A stretch of 64,000 bases of DNA, taken from positions 3,628,483-3,692,482 of the forward strand of contig SMSO01000032.1 of the NCBI GenBank assembly GCA_004764695.1, given 5' to 3'. The position numbers and the translations under genes are program-made. The stretch comes from Schizochytrium sp. TIO01. Taxonomy: Eukaryota > Protista > Bigyra: Labyrinthulomycetes. Below the pieces are notes generated by a model. That model saw nothing but the letters and a program-made list of their open reading frames with translations. It made no database searches and was not told where the DNA came from. Within the stretch, counting starts at the first letter, position 1, and each line of letters begins with the position of its first letter. Below are positions 32,801 to 41,786 of this stretch, piece after piece.

Positions 32801-35800
32801 TGTAGCTTTTGCACCTGCTCCTCAAGTTGTTGGGCTGTTGACTCCTTTTCGCGAAGCTGCATTTTCACGCTAGATAGCTCATCCCTGAGAGCTGAAACAT
32901 CAGACGCCTGTTTTCGTTCAAGGCTTTCAAGGTCAACCTGAAGGCTAGAGGCATTGCGTTCGTGACGTGTGGCAAGATGCCGCTCTTCCTCGAGGGATGC
33001 CTCAAGATGTCTAATTTGTGTGAGATTTTCATCATCTCGCATATGAAGCGCCGATAGTTGCTTTTCTAGAGATTTTATCTTTGCTGCAGAATCGTGATGC
33101 TCACTACGTGCTTGTCCAAGCTGAACGCGTAATTCGCTCAACTGGGATTCCTGTTTCTTTTGCAATTTGGCAAGCTCCTCATGCAAATTTACTTCTTTAT
33201 CCTTATACTCCCGGCTAAGTTGGCGCTCGCGAGCTAATGTTGCCTCTAACTCCTTAAACTGAGACGCATGTTGCGATTCGCGAAGACGAAGCTGGCGCAC
33301 ATCTGCTTCAAGTGTTCTTACTTGGTCAGCATGTTGCCGTTGCTCTTTCACAGTGTCATCCAACTGTCTCTGTAGATCAGCAACTTGCTTAACACGGCTA
33401 TTCTCAAGCGCTGAAATTTCCCTTTGTAACTCTGACCCTTTAGTTTTGTGTTGCTTAGAGAGTTCACGCTCTTGCTGAAGAGAGGTCTCTAAATGTTGAA
33501 TCCGTGTGTTGTTCTCACGGTCGGAAATTCGAAGACGGTCTACTTCATCTTTAAGAGCCTTTGCCTTTTCACCTTGTTGTCCATTGCGTTGTTTAAGTTC
33601 TCCAAGTTGTTCGTGTAATCGCTTGATCTGATCAGCGGTGTCATCTTTCTGAGCCAGTAGCTGACCCATTTCAAGTTGCATACGCTTAGCTTTCTCCGCA
33701 TGTTCACGAGATCGCTCATTCGAATCAACGAGCTTCTTCTCAAGGACAAGTATTTGAACAGATCGCTTTTCTTCGAGAGCGCTGAGTTTCTGAACTTCAT
33801 TTTGAAGAGTCTTTGTGCTTGCAGCGTATTCGTTTCGCTCCTTTTGGGTATATTTTAGCTCTTGCTCAAGCTCAGGCTTCAGTTTTTGGAATCGAGAAAT
33901 CTCTTGTCGAAGACCTCGCAGTTCACTCTCATATTCACGGCAAGTGTTTTGCTCGCGAACTAGAGCAGTGTCGAGCTCTCTGATTCGTCTTGTGTTTTCT
34001 TGACCAACTGCCCTAAGGCGATCTACCTCACCTTCAAGAGCCTTCACAGTTTGTGCATATTCTCTGCACTTCTTTTGCACCGCTTCAAGCTCTTCCTGCA
34101 GCTTTTCGATTTTGCTCGTGTCAAGTTGCTGCCCAGAAGCTAACTTGTCCTTGAGTTGAATCTCTCTTTGTGCATGTTCAAAGCAGAGCTTCCGAGCATT
34201 TCGTAAAGTGAGCTGGAGTTTTTCGATTTTGTCAACGTACTTCTTTTCCATATCTCTTAAGTTCTTCATCTCTAACTGAAGATTGCGAGTATGGTTTTCA
34301 GACTCAACGCACTCTCGTTGCACAGTGGTTAATTTTTCTTGTAGTTGTGCAATCTTTTTGCTTTGACTTTCAGAGTGAGTGCTTAACTCCTGAATGTTTT
34401 CCTGTTTTTGAGCAATCTCACGGCGACAAGCCTCTACTTCCGACTTTGACGATGACAACTCCGACGTCAGCGAGCCAATTGCTGTCTTCAATCGAGCTTC
34501 CGTAGAAGCTGCAGCAGACGCAGAGCTTACTAGAGCATGCTGTGCCTGATCCAGCTCATCAAGAAGCTGTGAGACTCGACCCGCACCATCTGCGAGGTTG
34601 TGCTTAAACATGTCTCGCGTTAGCTGTGTTTCTTCTTCGAGTTCAGATCTCGCGCGCTGCAATTGACCAATTTTATTTTCTAGCTCGATTCGATGGGATT
34701 CTGTGTCTACTTTAACTTGGTCAAGCGTTTTACGGAGAAGGCGCTGGGAGCATGTTGCTCGAAGGAGTTCTTCCTGCAGGTGCAGAATCTTAGCTTCGGC
34801 TTCTGACGCGTTAAATGCCTGTTTTTGGCTATTGCTTTCGTGTGTTTCAAACTGGGACCTTAAATCTGAAACCTCTGCATGCTTCGCTGATAACTCTTTT
34901 TCTAATTCCTTTATACGGCCTTGCGAACTTCGGAGCTCTTCTCGAGTTTCCTCAAAATGGTTTGAAATTAACTTGAAGGACAGCGTGTGGTCTTTTGAAG
35001 CTCGTTCCGAAGCTCGTCGTAAGGATTCTGATTCCTCTTGGTGTTGCCTCGCTGCATCTGTTCGGGCCTCGACGACACGTACAAGCTCCAAATTTAGTTT
35101 TTCGAGTTCTTTGCGGTAATTGTCGGCAGAGTCCCTCTCTCGACGAAGATCAGTCTCCTTTTCTCTAAGTTTGCGCTCTGCAACCTTTGCCTGCGCATCA
35201 CGTTTTGCTAGGCGTTCTTCCAAATGATCAACTTCATCCCTCAGACGAAGGATTTCCTCATTTTGTGCAGTTGCATCACGCTGAAGCTCTTCCTCGCGAC
35301 AGCATGCCTCCGCGCGGGTAGCACCCTCCTTGGCAAGCTTGGCCTCATAGTCAAGTCTCTGCTGTTCCATTTCATGGGTAAAGTCTCGAAGTTTCAGCTT
35401 GAGCTCACTTGCTAAAATTGACTGCTTCGAAGCTTCTGCACGCGAATTTAGTAAAGCATCTTCGAGTTCATTGATTTGGGCTTGAAGCCTCCGTTGGTCA
35501 GCATCCGCAATAAGGTTCATGATTTTCTGCCGTGGTGTGGTGTTCCCCGAATTGGAAGACTGCGTTTGCGTCTCAGAATTTATGGAATTGTTATTGATCG
35601 GTGTAATTGTTCGCGTTGCTTGTGCTCGTAGAGTTGCTAGCTCCTTCTGAGCTTGCGTAAGTAGAGCTCGTAATTCAGCAGCAGAGTAAACCTGATTGAC
35701 GCGTGCTTCGTTACGAACAAGCTTTGCGCGTGCTCCAAATCGAAGGGTAGACATAGTTTCTGAAAATTGAATCGAAGACGGAGAAGCGCATAATATGAGG

Positions 35801-36801
35801 GCCGTTCGGGAGTTACCTCCGAGTGATTCTTGAAGTATGCGCGTCAGCTTGGAGTCTCGATATGGTGTGTAGCTCATTGATGAATCGGTCAGAGCATTGA
35901 TTACATTTCCAAGTGTTGAGAGAGATTTGTTGATCGTCTTTGCTTCCTCGAGTCGGGCTCCCGTAGAGCCGGACTTTCTAACCTTTTCACTTCCTGCAAG
36001 ATCAACAAGAGTCATGCGCCCTGAGACCTGTGAGTGTTCGTGTAAGTCTTGCTGGAGAACATTGATAACGACCAGGCTATGACTTCTCGAAGAGTCACTA
36101 TTCATCTTGGTGCTTGCAGTTGACCTATTTTGCTGACCACGCTTCACCACCTCAAGAATAGCGTCAGCAGAGCGAAGATACTCTGTTCTGCATCCCTCGA
36201 CCCAAATGCCCCGTTGGGTGTCTTCTCGAATCGCCAAGTTGAGCTTCGAAGGATCTAAGAGGTCATTCACTCGTTCCATGTAGATTTCAAGCATACTAAC
36301 GCTGACGGTATATTTAATGTGCTTGGGGGCCTTCTCAATTTGCTCAAAAAGTGCATGAGTCATGCGTGAGGTGATTCCACAGCGCTCGTCATCAGCAAGC
36401 GAAGGGCCTTCCATTGTAAATGTTTTACCGCTGCCAGTTTGGCCATACGCAAAAATGGTACCATTATAGCCCCTAGTCACAGCACTAACAATTGGTGCGC
36501 CAACATAGTTATAAATATCATCTTGGGTGGATGTCATTCCAAACACTTGATCGAAACGAAATTCATACTTATTGTCAGCATCTTCTGGATCAACTAATAC
36601 AATGCGCTCTGCATCGTGTCGATCAAGTTGAACTGTTGTTTTACCACCTTTACGATTTTCACGGCGATTCTGTGGCCGAAGACGGCATACAACAAGTACA
36701 TTTGTGTCAACAACACTACTTCCTTCGCTTCGCGAATCGATGCTTGCTTCTTTCAAGAAATTATCTTCGGGGGATTTTGTCTCTATCTCGTCAAGCATCA
36801 T
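29884..36801 (-). CDS. Giant N-kinesin (kinesin-1-like motor) with a ~1,800-aa coiled-coil stalk
   Basis: Motor motifs GYNGTIFAYGQTGSGKT, NSDSSRSH, LVDLAGSEKV, INKSLSTLGNVINAL and PYRDSKLTRILQESLGGNSRT, followed by continuous heptads and a Gln/His-rich tail. Confidence 0.93.
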   Translation of the reverse strand: MMLDEIETKSPEDNFLKEASIDSRSEGSSVVDTNVLVVCRLRPQNRRENRKGGKTTVQLDRHDAERIVLVDPEDADNKYEFRFDQVFGMTSTQDDIYNYVGAPIVSAVTRGYNGTIFAYGQTGSGKTFTMEGPSLADDERCGITSRMTHALFEQIEKAPKHIKYTVSVSMLEIYMERVNDLLDPSKLNLAIREDTQRGIWVEGCRTEYLRSADAILEVVKRGQQNRSTASTKMNSDSSRSHSLVVINVLQQDLHEHSQVSGRMTLVDLAGSEKVRKSGSTGARLEEAKTINKSLSTLGNVINALTDSSMSYTPYRDSKLTRILQESLGGNSRTALILCASPSSIQFSETMSTLRFGARAKLVRNEARVNQVYSAAELRALLTQAQKELATLRAQATRTITPINNNSINSETQTQSSNSGNTTPRQKIMNLIADADQRRLQAQINELEDALLNSRAEASKQSILASELKLKLRDFTHEMEQQRLDYEAKLAKEGATRAEACCREEELQRDATAQNEEILRLRDEVDHLEERLAKRDAQAKVAERKLREKETDLRRERDSADNYRKELEKLNLELVRVVEARTDAARQHQEESESLRRASERASKDHTLSFKLISNHFEETREELRSSQGRIKELEKELSAKHAEVSDLRSQFETHESNSQKQAFNASEAEAKILHLQEELLRATCSQRLLRKTLDQVKVDTESHRIELENKIGQLQRARSELEEETQLTRDMFKHNLADGAGRVSQLLDELDQAQHALVSSASAAASTEARLKTAIGSLTSELSSSKSEVEACRREIAQKQENIQELSTHSESQSKKIAQLQEKLTTVQRECVESENHTRNLQLEMKNLRDMEKKYVDKIEKLQLTLRNARKLCFEHAQREIQLKDKLASGQQLDTSKIEKLQEELEAVQKKCREYAQTVKALEGEVDRLRAVGQENTRRIRELDTALVREQNTCREYESELRGLRQEISRFQKLKPELEQELKYTQKERNEYAASTKTLQNEVQKLSALEEKRSVQILVLEKKLVDSNERSREHAEKAKRMQLEMGQLLAQKDDTADQIKRLHEQLGELKQRNGQQGEKAKALKDEVDRLRISDRENNTRIQHLETSLQQERELSKQHKTKGSELQREISALENSRVKQVADLQRQLDDTVKEQRQHADQVRTLEADVRQLRLRESQHASQFKELEATLARERQLSREYKDKEVNLHEELAKLQKKQESQLSELRVQLGQARSEHHDSAAKIKSLEKQLSALHMRDDENLTQIRHLEASLEEERHLATRHERNASSLQVDLESLERKQASDVSALRDELSSVKMQLREKESTAQQLEEQVQKLQLHGSGNASKIRALEEHLQKEQSASENFQRKALDLQDQLAVLQEKHASLISNFQAARNQNQEQEGYVKSLELEMADLKARSTSDATELQQMREQLQKKEQDLNGQVKSLLKENSELAASLQAAKKRNGDQAQAIDALQGEVEERRRADGEKYGQLREMQASLESAHQLNRDYADKLVEVGQKVNQQNDFHTQQYNQILELQQSLAKAQELNKEYCVKLDSLGSDYSTQQEAQEKEIARLQQELRGLEYDCRAQVERARSLDVQVKEMTSRYDDVHEQNRSLQSSLSESQRLCNEYAGRETNLQQEMRKVDAEKSMLIKELEQKLLHTQHELSHVQAEMNTISKQAQIDLAALGTAEAAKMATVLCESQNVTQRYKDHIESIKEELHKSKEMNRNLEIEIMTLKQEHLRENEENAATLQKYVDALADADSENLSAHERISKLKADLESAVNNCAVAQAARDAEAHKRVASVQELQESQQHKLVDVTRALHDEIKHLQGEKAVLEAQVWERNEHVKAKARAIQTSLLSEIKVLEKPCADLLGAVNKFVSSVKSKENTIADIKRQCSKSGAMEDSQRERYDHIVASLNKSLEQQHEICEKATTDVNSFKTQSEELAMGIRLRLISIRDEHYSAVSEASRRLDRVVQELVAAEQRASLPNGRKDSHLAQDILQLKEDKLQAEEHLINCKQTLESALDKTSVEFHQKISTLRQEEEAARRDLHEKLQLANRCQSELIQSLASFEVKDMEDDAQHDNGDIQEVESLRDEVEHLRQLVELQEAKIERRNRRIEAYEERILRIHEGKVSTNSSHAQAQAQSQGQSQGLMQGQTNSYDQGIPLNYVDQQGPLSPQRGTGHYHLQRQPGQSVADLRRPSDASSVGSHSSTLEEESKASSPRARRQGKESQLRSRVSRLLGGGRDHKAHHAHNSQQQQYQQHQHQQHSNGSTSGHEETTNSSGSSSRFNLFLNSYDLHNRGKR

Positions 36802-37910
36802 AGTGGTGGATGTGCTTTGGTTGAAAAAAACCTTCCAAGCCTGAGAAAATCAACGCTCCACGTTTAAAACGAGAGCTTACCGCGTTGCTTTAACTTTGTC
36901 GCCCTGCCCACAACCGGGCAACAGTCAACTTTGTAATTGTGAACTGCTTGAGCACAGCAACTCTTCAGGTACTCCTGACAAGGGAGATTTTCCACAAAGC
37001 GTATCAGTACTCACTACACAGCAGCATATGAAAAATGATATTGATTGTCTTATTCTTTCATTATTAAAAAGCGCATCGACACACAGCGGTAAAATTTTCG
37101 CCATAGAGTCATGCCAAGGTACAACAAGTGTGTCACACAAATTAACCCGTTGAACTGCACATTGAAGCTTCTTTAAATATTATCGATGTACTCTTTCTAT
37201 GTCGCAAATCCGTTCTACGACATTTTGCCCTCCCAAGTTGCTCCACAAGTTAGTCTGCATAGCCTGAAGTAGTTTTCTTTATTCGTTTCTTTTACTTTCA
37301 TAATGTACCCAAATGTCAACGGATATATTATTAAGTGTTGCATAAAGAACTATTATAATGATCATGCTGCTCTCTATAAAGCCGCTATGAAAGTATAAGA
37401 CAAGAGTGCGCACATAGACTTCAAAACCAGCATTCTAAACGTTAGTCTAGATAACTCAGCTTATAAAAAGAAACGGCTGTGCGTATATTGTGGAACCAGG
37501 ATTACTTAGAGTGTGCAAAATTAAATTGACGCTGGGAGAACGACGCGTGGAGTATAAAAGGCATATAAAAGTTTGTCGAGAGGTTGACAGGGGCCTGGCA
37601 AACGTGTTGAACTTACTCCTTCTCAGCTTAAGGCCAACACAAAGAACTCTGAAAGCCTCGTCGGAGTATATTTGTGCCTTTATTGACACTCTCTTGTGTG
37701 TTCAAACAAGCAGCAGCGTCAAAGGACAGAAGTAAACACGCGACCGTCAAGGGGGAAAGCTCAGACTGGGCAGCCCTCGGCTCTTTATTGCAAGGGTACA
37801 AACACGACTCTTGAGTTGGACTTACTCAACGTTTGTTAGCACATTGGTCGGCAACTCAATCAAAGCAGAATACTCTTGAGTCGCTCGTAAGATAGAAACT
37901 TGGCCCCAGC

Positions 37911-38480
37911 ATGACAGGTGAACACATGAATGAACCATCAAGGGTTCGCACAGTACATGTACCAGATATTGTGCGAATTAAGATAACTTCAATGGGGGAT
38001 GGTGGCAGCGGGAAAAGCTGCCTTATCAAAAGATACTGCGAGGAGCGCTTTGTTTCGAAATATATTCCTACTATTGGTGTCGACTATGGTGTCAAATCGG
38101 TCGATATTGAAGGTTACGAAGTACGCGTTAATTTTTGGGATCTTTCTGGACATAGCGAATTCTTCGACGTTCGTAATGAGTTTTACAAGGACACCCAAGG
38201 GGTTTTATTGTGTTTCGATCTTTCGTCAAGGCGTTCTTTCGAAGCTCTGGACAATTGGCTTAATGAAGCACGTAAATATGGCTGCAGTGAATCATCCGCC
38301 CAGTTTGTTCTTGTTGGATGTAAACTTGACAAGAAAAGAATCGTCACAGAGAGCGAAGCCAATTCTTGGGCACGACAGCACGGCATCCCATACTTTGAGA
38401 CATCTTCAAATACTGGAGCCAATGTTATGGACATGTTTGAGTCCTTATTTGAGCGCGTGGTGCGTCGATTTGTACAGTAA
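37911..38480 (+). CDS. RJL: RJL-family Ras-like GTPase (DNAJC27/RBJ-related, no J domain)
   Basis: IKITSMGDGGSGKSCLIKRYCEERFVSKY...FWDLSGH...VRNEFYKDTQG matches the RJL/RBJ signature. The catalytic Gln is replaced by His and there is no prenylation Cys. Confidence 0.9.
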   Translation: MTGEHMNEPSRVRTVHVPDIVRIKITSMGDGGSGKSCLIKRYCEERFVSKYIPTIGVDYGVKSVDIEGYEVRVNFWDLSGHSEFFDVRNEFYKDTQGVLLCFDLSSRRSFEALDNWLNEARKYGCSESSAQFVLVGCKLDKKRIVTESEANSWARQHGIPYFETSSNTGANVMDMFESLFERVVRRFVQ

Positions 38481-38773
38481 AATTCAACGTTACATTAATC
38501 CTCCATTTGACAATTCAAGGTTTGGCCAGCTTAATTGGATTTAGAAGCAAAAAATCAAAATGAGTTTCTCTCATGCTATTCTTCAAAAAAATAAGCAAGA
38601 ATTTGTCTTTTTCGCTTTTTTTCTTTTCAATTTAATTAATTAACATTTTTCTGAAATTAAAAGTATCTCCTATACTATCTATAGGATAATAATAATAGAA
38701 ATGATAAAGAGTGACTGGACCAAACCAAATCAAGACGCCATACCTTTAGAACAGATTACCTTGCGACTCAAGG

Positions 38774-40072
38774 ATGGACACAGCAGTTTCGTCGCTGCCG
38801 AGCGAAGAGCAAGGAAAAGATCCTCAGCCGAAGATTTGTTTAGTCTCGTCTGCAAAGGAGGACGCAGAGAAGATGTCGTCAGTCACATTAACATCACCAA
38901 CCAAAGCGGTGGCACCAACACCATCTAGCGGAGACGCCGAAAACAAGAAACTGACTGGGTTTCTTCGAGGTCTTGGGCTCGATCCTGAATGGTATGCCAA
39001 GGAAACAGAAGCCTCTAAATCCTTATCACGCTTTATCCGTATAAACCCATGTCAATCAAGCGTTGAAAACATTCTCAAGAGCAAAGTTTTCGCAAGTGCT
39101 AAAGTCGTAAAAGGTTGTGAAGATTTCATCTCTTGCAATGGTGACATTCGCCTTAAAGGAGTTCCAGAGTATGAAGATGGCAGCATTTATGGCATGGACC
39201 TGGCCAGTGGGTTGGCTGTTCATGTACTGGATGTAAAGCCAGGTTCTTCGGTCTTGGACCTTTGTGCGGCTCCTGGAGCAAAAATGTGTATGCTTGCAGA
39301 TGTGATGAAGCGCCAGGGGCTACTCATTGGAGTCGATGCGAGCGCTCACCGTGTTCGAACTTGCGCAAGCCTGCTGAAGAAGTACCGAGTTGCAGAGAAA
39401 CAACCTGGTTGGCAGTGTATTCTAGTTGAAGACGATGGTGTCACCTTCTCGGGGCCCAAAGCAGAGTCTGTTATTTGGGATACGGAGGCAGACGAAATAA
39501 TATCACGCGACACAAAGGCAGGCTCGAAAAGAAAACGCTTTAACAAGTCGGCACGGCACATTTTGGCTCGACGCAGACTCGAAACGGGTCTTTACACAAA
39601 GTCATCAACAGAACGCCGCTTTGATCGCGTTCTTGTTGATGCAGAGTGCACCCATGACGGTTCGATTAAACACATGCTAAAGTACTCCGAGGGAGGTGTT
39701 TTTGGTGAGAGTGCCCTTGAAGATAAGTTCATTGATGCTGACCTTGTCAAAGGAAATTCTGGTGCTACTTCGTTGCAAGAACTTCAACAGGGGCTCCTTC
39801 TCAATGGCTTCAGACTGCTTGCTCCTGGTGGAATTCTCGTCTACAGTACTTGCAGTTTTAGTGAGGCTCAAAATGAAAATATTGTCAAGTGGCTTTTAGA
39901 TCATCCTGACTATAAAGATCAGGTTATCCTTCATGAGGGTTTAGAAAGTAGTCCTCTCTTTGCAAACGCTCCTCCAGTACCTAGTCAAAGCCTTCCTGGC
40001 ACGCTCCGATTCACGCCAACTAAGAGCCGTACAAGTGGTTTATTCATCGCAAAGCTTTCTAAACGTACTTGA
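38774..40072 (+). CDS. NOL1/NOP2/Sun (NSUN) family RNA m5C methyltransferase
   Basis: Motif I VLDLCAAPGAK, motif IV FDRVLVDAEC, motif VI LVYSTCS, and the C-terminal GLFIAKL. Confidence 0.9.
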   Translation: MDTAVSSLPSEEQGKDPQPKICLVSSAKEDAEKMSSVTLTSPTKAVAPTPSSGDAENKKLTGFLRGLGLDPEWYAKETEASKSLSRFIRINPCQSSVENILKSKVFASAKVVKGCEDFISCNGDIRLKGVPEYEDGSIYGMDLASGLAVHVLDVKPGSSVLDLCAAPGAKMCMLADVMKRQGLLIGVDASAHRVRTCASLLKKYRVAEKQPGWQCILVEDDGVTFSGPKAESVIWDTEADEIISRDTKAGSKRKRFNKSARHILARRRLETGLYTKSSTERRFDRVLVDAECTHDGSIKHMLKYSEGGVFGESALEDKFIDADLVKGNSGATSLQELQQGLLLNGFRLLAPGGILVYSTCSFSEAQNENIVKWLLDHPDYKDQVILHEGLESSPLFANAPPVPSQSLPGTLRFTPTKSRTSGLFIAKLSKRT

Positions 40073-40752
40073 TTACCACCTGAAGCCATGAAACCTCATT
40101 CAGCACCAGGCCACTTTACATTAGCTGTACATCTACACTCTCGTATCCTAGAAATAAACAACAAAAAATTAATGCCAAAGCCAGTTTTCTATCATTAGTC
40201 TCTCTCGTTTACCCTTAAGCCTGATTCTCTCGGTAGACGGTCATCATCTACTACAAGATTTTTCCTTTTGCACTGAATGCCCTCCACTCCATGCTTTCTC
40301 ACTCCCAAATTATTGCCCAATTGTGCCAGTACGACGGTCGTGTACGGTTCCGTGTACATTCCAAATTAATTCCTAAATATCAACAAGTTAAATAGCTAAA
40401 AAATATAAGGTAGAACTAAATAGGTAAAGCACTCACTACTCTACTGTTTTAATTAGTAATTGATAAGAGCAATAATAACAGATTTCGTATTGGGATAAAA
40501 ACTTTGAGCAAGCTAAAACAATCAATCCTCCAACGCGGCACTCTTTGTGGAGCGAGCGCCTTTCCATCGGAGAGCAGGTGTCTCTTCGCTTCCTTTCCTC
40601 TGTGGAGGTACCTTCCATCGCTTTCAATTGACGAACCTGAGGCTGGGTTCGGTGGTTTGGTGTGGTTGCAGTTGAGGTTATCTATATATCTTCGTCATCT
40701 TCGTCAACCTGTCACCGTTGCTGCTGCTGCTTCTTTCGGATTATTTTGGACA

Positions 40753-41412
40753 ATGCGTCAGTACACCTTGGCTGCGGCTTCCTTATGGGTCTTCTTGACA
40801 ACCTCTTGGTGCTTCTCAGGCGCGTCTGCTCTCGAGTCAGACCTGTACTTTTATCTAGCAGAGAAAGCGCCAAGATGTTTCGTTGAGGAGATCCCGGAAG
40901 ACCTCATGGTTATTGGCGAATACAAGCATGCGGACGCTAAAACCAAGTACGCGGTGATCAAGATTTACGATGCTCAGGGTGATGAGGTCTATCAAGAGGC
41001 CGCTGAAGCCACTGGCAGATTTGCATACCCTGCACGGGCTTCAGGCGAGCACGTTATCTGCGTGCAAAGCGACCGTTCAAAAACATCATGGCCCAGGAGT
41101 CAGGGACCGGCTAAGTTTCACCTCAAGCTTGAAATTCACGGCAAAGATAGTGAGATCAATGAACATGTGGCTAAAAAAGAGCACCTTACAAAATTGGAGC
41201 GAGAGATTGAAGAGCTAGATAGCAAGGTTGATGTGATTCTCAAAGATATTGCATATTCCAGGGAACAGGAGAAGCACTTTAGAGACCAAGGTGAGCGAAT
41301 CAACAGCCGAATTATGTGGTGGTCACTCTTTCAAACGTTATTATTGTTACTCTCAGGTGTTTGGCAAATTATTCATCTTAAAAACTTCTTCAGAGCGAAG
41401 AAGCTTGTATAA
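40753..41412 (+). CDS. p24/TMED (emp24/gp25L) cargo receptor, alpha-subfamily-like
   Basis: Signal peptide, GOLD domain (RCFVEEIP...HVICV), coiled coil, TM WWSLFQTLLLLLSGVWQI and tail FFRAKKLV (FF plus dilysine). The ATG is at 40753. Confidence 0.93.
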   Translation: MRQYTLAAASLWVFLTTSWCFSGASALESDLYFYLAEKAPRCFVEEIPEDLMVIGEYKHADAKTKYAVIKIYDAQGDEVYQEAAEATGRFAYPARASGEHVICVQSDRSKTSWPRSQGPAKFHLKLEIHGKDSEINEHVAKKEHLTKLEREIEELDSKVDVILKDIAYSREQEKHFRDQGERINSRIMWWSLFQTLLLLLSGVWQIIHLKNFFRAKKLV

Positions 41413-41786
41413 CTATTGCCATCGATACAACCTTTCTTTTGTTTTCTCTCAAATAACATTTAGAAATGTACGAAACTCCGCAGAAAATATGGATATTCAG
41501 GTAACGAACAGCTGAGCAAAGAAATCGGCGCCCTGTGATAACCAAAATAAAAGCACCAAAAACCCCTTAAGAAAAAATGAAAATATACCACTTTGCACAG
41601 TGATCAATGCCCCCCCCCTTTCTTGTTTGCCTGGACTGTTCGGAAGGTTTTTGTTTTCCTTTTGGTTACATTTATACAAATAAGGTCCGTGCTTCTCCAA
41701 GATGACGAACATGAATTTTAGCTTAGCAGTCAAGGACAACAACCAGGTACACATCCTTCAAAGAGATTGAAATATTTAAAAGCTCA

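Noticed and set aside
36841-36880. GTAAGC...TTTTCTCAG 40-nt 5'-UTR intron upstream of the kinesin (- strand)
   Set aside because: The signals are plausible but the intron would be very short and cannot be tested without transcripts. It does not alter the CDS.
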